In this document: positions 54,327 through 59,162 of the stretch, in pieces
How positions within the stretch are numbered: the stretch's first letter is position 1
Layout: each line of letters starts with the position of its first letter
Source: an uncultured Candidatus Saccharibacteria bacterium
GTDB lineage: Bacteria > Patescibacteriota > Minisyncoccia > Phycocordibacterales > CAIJYI01
NCBI GenBank assembly: GCA_964410165.1
Contig: CAYPFT010000003.1
Location: 1-59,162 of the forward strand
Direction of reading: 5' to 3'
DNA length: 59,162 nt
The notes under the pieces: generated by a model
What the model saw: only the letters and a program-made list of their open reading frames with translations
The model's database searches: none
Told to the model about the DNA's origin: nothing
Position numbers and translations under genes: made by a program

Positions 54327-56057
54327 TCATTTTTCTGGCTCCTTTGAAACCAGAAAATCTTGAATAGCAAGGTAGTCCATTTTTGTTCTTTTGAAAGTTA
54401 TTACCGCGTCAAGAGGCGAGCAAACAATCGGTTCGTTTTCATTAAACGACGTATTGAGCACCATTGGTACTCCAGTGATTTTCTTAAATTCTAAAATTAG
54501 CGAATGATATTTTGGATTTATTTCCCTTCTCACAACTTGAATTCTACTTGTTCCATCTACATGTGTTACTGCAGGAACAGCAGCTCTCTTTTCTTTCTTT
54601 ACGGGAAAGGCAAACTCCATAAACTCTGTTGAGATCGAGGCACAGTTTTTTGGAATTTCAAACCAATCATTTGTATCCTCGCTTAAAACGCTCGGCGCGA
54701 AAGGACGAAATGGTTCCCGCTTCTTGATTCGTATATTCAAAGTTTCTTTCATCGTTATATTCCTTGGATCAACAAGAAGAGAACGATTGCCGAGTGCTCG
54801 TGGTCCCCATTCCATCTTTCCTTGAAACCAGCCGACGATATTTCCTTCGGAAATGAGTTTTGCCGTTGTTTCTTCTATATTCGCCAATTTTTTATATCGG
54901 ACACCTTCGGTGATTAAGATATTCTCAATTTCACTTTCGGAATAGTCTGGTCCCCAAAAAGCATGTTCCATCACAAATTCTCTGTTTTGAGATTGTAGGT
55001 CATTCCAAAGGTAGTACGCGGCACCTAGCGCGGTACCCGCATCATGCGCCGCTGGTTGGATATAAATATTCTCAAAATATCCTCCACGCATGATTTCAAA
55101 ATTTGATACGCAGTTCAATGCGACACCTCCGGCAAGACAAAGATTTTTCGATTTGGTAGTCTCGGATAAATATTTAGCGAGATTGAGCACAGCATCATTC
55201 GTAATTGCCTGAAGTCCAGCCGCCACGTCTTCGTGTGCAGTTGTCCTTTCGTCTGGACTATTCAATCTCTTTACTTCAAACAACTTTTCTAGTGGTTCAT
55301 AATCATTCGATCTGAAACGCAAAACATCCTCATCAACTCTAAAATTTCCGTCTGGCTCGATACTGATGATTTTCTGAAAAAGCGAATGGAATCTCTTTTT
55401 CTCTCCAAACGAGGCAAGTCCCATTACCTTTGCCGCATCATATTCGGAAAATCCTAGAAACTTTGAGAGTTTTTCCCACAAAAAGCCGATTGAATTCGGA
55501 TAGGCGATTTCTTTTATAACAGACATTTTGTTTCCTTTTCCCACGCCAAGCCACGTCGTCGTGATTTCGCCAATCCCATCTATTGACAGCACGGCCGATT
55601 CCTTGAATGGTGAAACATAGTAAGCACTTCCAGCGTGGGAAATGTGATGAGGAACCCAGATGGTCTTATTGGTTAAATCTATCCCCGCATACTCACTAAG
55701 GAGTTTTGGAACATTCATTATTTTTTCGTAAAAAAGTTCCTCGCCGAATTTGCTCCCCCAGTCGCCTTCGGTGAAATATTTATCAATGCCGACATTTTTA
55801 AGACGCTCTTTCGGACAAAAAGAAATTCCAATTTTGTCTATTTCAGTAAATGTGATCCCGGCTTTCCGCAAACAAAAATCGATGGCTTGTTTAGGTATCA
55901 CATCAGGGTTACTAACTAACGCTGGTTTGCCGTGCTTGATTCGCGTAAATCGCTCTTCCTCAACGGCAACAACTAACTGCCCGTCTTTTAGAAGACAGGC
56001 CGAGAGTTCATGATACGTTGTGTTGATTCCCAAAATGTAGGAAGTTTTCATTTGCAT
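54327..56057 (-). CDS. NodU/CmcH/TobZ-family carbamoyltransferase
   Basis: 576 aa. N-terminus ILGINTTYHELSACLLKDGQLVVAVEEERFTRIKHGK, plus a Kae1-like core and a YrdC-like C-terminal half typical of this family. Confidence 0.8.
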   Translation of the reverse strand: MQMKTSYILGINTTYHELSACLLKDGQLVVAVEEERFTRIKHGKPALVSNPDVIPKQAIDFCLRKAGITFTEIDKIGISFCPKERLKNVGIDKYFTEGDWGSKFGEELFYEKIMNVPKLLSEYAGIDLTNKTIWVPHHISHAGSAYYVSPFKESAVLSIDGIGEITTTWLGVGKGNKMSVIKEIAYPNSIGFLWEKLSKFLGFSEYDAAKVMGLASFGEKKRFHSLFQKIISIEPDGNFRVDEDVLRFRSNDYEPLEKLFEVKRLNSPDERTTAHEDVAAGLQAITNDAVLNLAKYLSETTKSKNLCLAGGVALNCVSNFEIMRGGYFENIYIQPAAHDAGTALGAAYYLWNDLQSQNREFVMEHAFWGPDYSESEIENILITEGVRYKKLANIEETTAKLISEGNIVGWFQGKMEWGPRALGNRSLLVDPRNITMKETLNIRIKKREPFRPFAPSVLSEDTNDWFEIPKNCASISTEFMEFAFPVKKEKRAAVPAVTHVDGTSRIQVVRREINPKYHSLILEFKKITGVPMVLNTSFNENEPIVCSPLDAVITFKRTKMDYLAIQDFLVSKEPEK

Positions 56058-56128
56058 TCATTGTAGCAAAATTTTCTGGTCTTTGAAATTTCGCCGAACC
56101 AAAAAATTGAAGATCGAAGACCGCGCGG

Positions 56129-56165
56129 ATTCCTCCCCAGACCCTGCGGGCGGGGATACAGACGA
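56129..56165. repeat. Right 37-bp inverted repeat of the cassette
   Basis: attcctccccagaccctgcgggcggggatacagacga(g) is the reverse complement of 53123-53159. Overlaps the right 22-bp direct repeat. Confidence 0.8.
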
Positions 56166-56184
56166 TCCCGCAATGAATTTTCGG

Positions 56185-56257
56185 AGCCGCTTCTCGGGCT
56201 TGAACCGAGGACCTACGGTTTACAAAACCGTTGCTCTACCAACTGAGCTAAAGCGGC
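56185..56257 (-). tRNA. tRNA-Thr (anticodon TGT)
   Basis: GCCGCTT/AAGCGGC acceptor, anticodon loop TTTGTAA, T-loop TTCAAGC, 73 nt. No encoded CCA. Confidence 0.9.
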
Positions 56258-56380
56258 ACGAACTTTTCCTGAGCCTACCAAAACAGCTAAAGCGGCGTGA
56301 ACTTCTCCTGAGCCTACCAAAACAGCTAAAGCGGCGTGAACTTCTCCTGAGCCTACCAAAACAGCTAAAGCGGCGTGAAA
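56248..56380. repeat. 39-bp tandem repeat (3.4 copies) seeded by the 5' end of tRNA-Thr
   Basis: ctaaagcggc(a/g)(c/t)gaactt(t/c)tcctgagcctaccaaaacag starts at 56248, 56287, 56326 and 56365 (partial). Read on the minus strand, each unit starts with GCCGCTTTAGCTGTTTTGGTAGGC, a diverged copy of the tRNA-Thr acceptor plus D-arm. Confidence 0.85.
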
Positions 56381-56416
56381 TAATGATGCAGGTGCATAAG
56401 TATTTTGTATACGGTA

Positions 56417-56815
56417 TTATACCTTATTCTTCTGCTTCATCCGTTTCTTATGTTCAGCGATATCTTTCAGAAAAAACGACGAGGCGCCTTGCCCTTGCGA
56501 TCCTTCGCTCATGCGTTTTTTCACAAGCGCCTCTTCCGTCAATGCGATGAGTCGGCGCATGAGCTTCCTTGTTTTATCCACCACCGAAACGCTGGACGTA
56601 AGGGACGATGCAAGGAGGCGAAGTGCGGTTCTTTTCCCCTCTTCCCACATCTTTTTTTCCCATACGGCAAAGATGTGAAGTTGTTTTGAAAACTCTTTCC
56701 GATCAGGAAACGGGATCTTTCCTTTTTCAAGCTCCCGAAGACGGAAAAATACCATGAAAAGAGCCGCAATGGCGGAAAAAGAAAATATGGAATAGAGAAG
56801 ATACATGGGAGTCAT
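56417..56815 (-). CDS. Hypothetical membrane protein
   Basis: 132-aa ORF with an N-terminal TM helix (MYLLYSIFSFSAIAALFMVFF). Lies upstream of nothing recognisable. Confidence 0.45.
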   Translation of the reverse strand: MTPMYLLYSIFSFSAIAALFMVFFRLRELEKGKIPFPDRKEFSKQLHIFAVWEKKMWEEGKRTALRLLASSLTSSVSVVDKTRKLMRRLIALTEEALVKKRMSEGSQGQGASSFFLKDIAEHKKRMKQKNKV

Positions 56816-56837
56816 ACTTGCCCCTTATGCGTTTCGC

Positions 56838-57425
56838 TTATCGCGCGACGGTGAAGCGCGAAAATTTCGCCACTTCCGTTCTTTCGCCGAACTTTTGGAC
56901 GGCGGTTTCGAGAAGCTGTTTTATAGTTTGGCTTTCGTCCTTAATGAAAGGTTGTTCAAGCAAAACCTTTGTTTTCAAGTAGTCGGAAATCTTTCCTTCA
57001 AGAATCTTTGCGCGAATATCCGCCGGCTTGTCTTTTGGTATTTCATTCTCAAGCACTTCGGTAACACGAGAAAGTTCTTCTGCCGGCATGTCTTCTCTCT
57101 TCAAGTACGGAGGATTCGTCGCGGCAATGTGCATGGCGATATCGTATGCGAGCTTCTGAAACTCTTCGTTCTTTGACACGAAATCCGTTTCCGAGGAAAG
57201 GATAACCATCGCGCCGACGCTTTTATTGTTGTGGATATAAGAAGCGACTGTCCCCGCGCCAAGCTCTCGCTCGGCTTTTTTAGAAGCGACATCCCCGCTT
57301 TTTTTACGAAGAAGAAGGATGGCTTTCTCGGTGTCGCCGAGAGCTTCTTCCAGGGCTTTTTTGCATTGCATAACGGACACGCCGGTAATGTCCCGCAGTT
57401 CTTTAATTTGGTCGGTGGTAATCAT
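56838..57425 (-). CDS. tsf: Elongation factor Ts (short form)
   Basis: Start at MITTDQIKELRDITGVSVMQCKKALEEA (UBA-like EF-Ts N-terminus; ATG 57425). 195 aa. Downstream of rpsB. Confidence 0.9.
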   Translation of the reverse strand: MITTDQIKELRDITGVSVMQCKKALEEALGDTEKAILLLRKKSGDVASKKAERELGAGTVASYIHNNKSVGAMVILSSETDFVSKNEEFQKLAYDIAMHIAATNPPYLKREDMPAEELSRVTEVLENEIPKDKPADIRAKILEGKISDYLKTKVLLEQPFIKDESQTIKQLLETAVQKFGERTEVAKFSRFTVAR

Positions 57426-57450
57426 AATCTTAAAAGCCTGCTCCTTTATT

Positions 57451-58146
57451 TTACTCTCCTTTGAATGCTGAAACAAGCTCGTTCGTGATAAAACGAATGC
57501 TTCCGGCAGAGGCATCGTTCCCCGGAATCGGGAAATCCGCATCGTGGAAATTACAGTCGGAGTTGAGAAGAGCGATAACGGGAATCCCCATTTTTCTCGC
57601 CTCGGCAATGGCGAGTTTTTCTTTTTTCGTGTCAATGACGAATATGGCCGCCGGCAATTGATTCATATCGGCAAGCCCGCCGAAAAGCTTCGCCAAGCGG
57701 TCTTCTTCCCGCGAAAAAAGAAGCCGCTCTTTTTTGGTATACCTATCAAGCTCGCCTTTTTCTTTCTTCTCTTGAAGTTCCTTCATGCGGGCAATGCGTT
57801 TTTTTATCTCTTCAAAATTCGTGAAAATGCCTCCGACCCACCGCTCCACAACATAGGGCATGCCGGCGAGCTCGGCCGCGCTTCGCACCGCCATCCGCGA
57901 TTCATTCTTTGTCCCGACAAAAAGCACTGTTTTCCCTCCCGCCGCGAGCGTCCGCATAAAAGCTTTTGCTTTTTCGAGATATTCGCGAGTTTTTTCAAGG
58001 TTGATAATCTCTACGCGGTTCTTCATCCCGTAAATTACCGGTTTCATTGACGGATGACGGCTCGAACGAGAATAGCCAAAATGCACCCCCGCTTGAAACA
58101 TGGCGTCTAAAACACTTTCTCCGGTTTTGATTTCTTTTTCATTCAT
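57451..58146 (-). CDS. rpsB: 30S ribosomal protein S2
   Basis: Start at MNEKEIKTGESVLDAMFQAGVHFGYSRS (ATG 58146). Typical S2 sequence. Confidence 0.9.
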   Translation of the reverse strand: MNEKEIKTGESVLDAMFQAGVHFGYSRSSRHPSMKPVIYGMKNRVEIINLEKTREYLEKAKAFMRTLAAGGKTVLFVGTKNESRMAVRSAAELAGMPYVVERWVGGIFTNFEEIKKRIARMKELQEKKEKGELDRYTKKERLLFSREEDRLAKLFGGLADMNQLPAAIFVIDTKKEKLAIAEARKMGIPVIALLNSDCNFHDADFPIPGNDASAGSIRFITNELVSAFKGE

Positions 58147-58198
58147 TGCTTCCCATCCTAGCAAAAATATCAAAAACGCGCAACATCACGTGAAAAGA

Positions 58199-59068
58199 TT
58201 AGCTCTTGGTAAGAAAAACCTTGAGTTGCTCTTCAATGACTTTTTCCATCTCAAATACCGCGTTTTCCATTATCTTGTACGGCGCAAGCTCTTCCGTTTC
58301 CGCTTTTAGCGTCTTTTCAAGCGCGTGCCTGAAAGCAATGCGGATTTCGGTACTGATATGGATAATGGATACTCCCGCGAGTATCGCCCGCCTAAAGTCA
58401 TGGTTCGTGATGCCGGATCCGCCATGAAGAACTATCGGTACGCCGGCACTCTCCCGTATGGCTTTGATGCGGTCGATGTCAAGCGCGGGGTTCGGGCTGT
58501 TTTTCAGCATGCCGTGGATATTCCCCACCGCCGGCGCCAGCAAGTCAACGCCCGTTTCTTTCACAAATCGTTCGGCATCTTCCGGCTTCGTGAGTGTGTC
58601 CGGAGAGAGGTGAACGTCGCTTGGCAAAATATCATATACTTTTGAGGAAGCGCCGATATAGCCGAGCTCCCCTTCCATGAGAACGTCCGCATTTTTACTT
58701 TTCGCGTACTCAACGCACTTTTTCGCCAGTTCTACGTTTTCATCAAACGGAAGTTTTGCGCCGTCAAAAATCACCGCGTCATACCCCGCATCCACGACCT
58801 CTTTCACTTTTTCAAAAGAATACGTGTGGTCCGCATTTAAGAAAACCGGATAACCGAATTCTTCGCGCAGGCTTTTTACCAAAGCAACGCACTGCCGAAC
58901 ACCCATGAAAGCCCGCTCCTTTTCCGATGTTCCGATGATAACCGGCACCTTCATCCTCTTTGCCGCATGGAATATCGCCCACATTCCTTCAATATTCGAC
59001 ATATTAAAGTGTCCGACAATGGAATGTTTTTCGTCCGCTTCTTGTATGTATTGTTTGAGGGTCTGCAT
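58199..59068 (-). CDS. fba: Class II fructose/tagatose-bisphosphate aldolase family protein
   Basis: 289 aa. VPVIIGTS..., FLNADHTYS, IVLHGGSG are class II aldolase motifs. Confidence 0.85.
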   Translation of the reverse strand: MQTLKQYIQEADEKHSIVGHFNMSNIEGMWAIFHAAKRMKVPVIIGTSEKERAFMGVRQCVALVKSLREEFGYPVFLNADHTYSFEKVKEVVDAGYDAVIFDGAKLPFDENVELAKKCVEYAKSKNADVLMEGELGYIGASSKVYDILPSDVHLSPDTLTKPEDAERFVKETGVDLLAPAVGNIHGMLKNSPNPALDIDRIKAIRESAGVPIVLHGGSGITNHDFRRAILAGVSIIHISTEIRIAFRHALEKTLKAETEELAPYKIMENAVFEMEKVIEEQLKVFLTKS

Positions 59069-59090
59069 GGCGCGTGGGTGTTTTTTATGC

Positions 59091-59162
59091 AGGACTTATG
59101 TACAGGTGAAAGATTTGGTCGGTGAGTCTGCCACACGGGTACTTCCATTTTCTAATCGCTTC
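59091..59162. repeat. Truncated copy of the ~180-bp TIR repeat family, cut by the window end
   Basis: aggacttatgtacaggtgaaagatttggtcggtgagtctgccacacgggtacttccattttctaatcgcttc. This is the inverted counterpart of 75-146 and is homologous to the left arm of 20563-20740. Confidence 0.7.

Larger units (their letters stand above)
52963..56159. mobile_element. 3.2-kb A+T-richer cassette bounded by 22-bp direct repeats, inserted between tRNA-Thr and tRNA-Gln
   Basis: agacgatcccgcaatgaatttt occurs at 52941-52962 and again at 56160-56181. This repeat is the first 13 nt of tRNA-Gln plus 9 upstream nt. No recombinase lies inside. Confidence 0.5.

Noticed and set aside
56248-56380. Possible CRISPR array, since it has regular 39-bp repeats.
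   Set aside because: The units are directly contiguous with no spacers. They derive from the adjacent tRNA-Thr 5' end, and there are no cas genes anywhere in the window.
56083-56550. 155-aa plus-strand ORF with an LSLPKQLKRREL repeat.
   Set aside because: It is the translation of the antisense strand of tRNA-Thr plus the 39-bp tandem repeats, and it overlaps the minus-strand gene 56417-56815.

Overview
This 59.2-kb window looks like a small-genome Patescibacteria/CPR (Parcubacteria-like) chromosome segment. That assignment is inferred from gene content and the short forms of IF-2, UvrC and ProRS. The standard genetic code applies, and most genes are on the minus strand.

Housekeeping blocks: trpS, ppsA, a uvrC-like gene, trmD, tRNA-Trp/rpmG/mrdA/mreDCB, proS, rseP-frr, two tandem NAPRT paralogues, rbfA-infB, two tandem M14 peptidases, and tsf-rpsB-fba.

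These blocks are interrupted by two visibly A+T-richer accessory segments, both embedded in tRNA clusters.
1. A ~14-kb island (about 32.8-47.06 kb). It carries one tightly packed operon: HTH, hsdR, a fused hsdM/S, a PHP + SMC-like ATPase, a membrane protein and a small ORF. It also has hairpin-dense non-coding DNA with a cloverleaf-like RNA candidate and iteron-like repeats, an excisionase-type HTH, a tyrosine recombinase, and a large serine recombinase whose ORF runs antisense through a CCA-encoding tRNA-Leu(UAA).
2. A 3.2-kb cassette (52.96-56.16 kb) bounded by 22-bp direct repeats and carrying 37-bp inverted repeats. It carries a carbamoyltransferase, a non-canonical CCA-encoding tRNA-Gly(UCC), and a DUF2156/Fem-like putative aminoacyl-tRNA-dependent transferase. 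I rate this the most interesting candidate system.

The second unusual signal lies downstream of tRNA-Leu(UAG), tRNA-Lys and tRNA-Gln. Each has inverted copies of its own 3' end, split exactly at the T-stem/acceptor junction by a conserved GCAG-loop hairpin. The hairpin stems differ between copies by compensatory changes. tRNA-Thr is preceded by a 39-bp tandem array of its own 5' end.

There are at least four MITE-like families. One splits a DUF218 gene with an 8-bp target duplication. Another sits inside the mreBCD-mrdA operon and also forms inverted copies at both window ends.

I found no rRNA, CRISPR array or cas genes.
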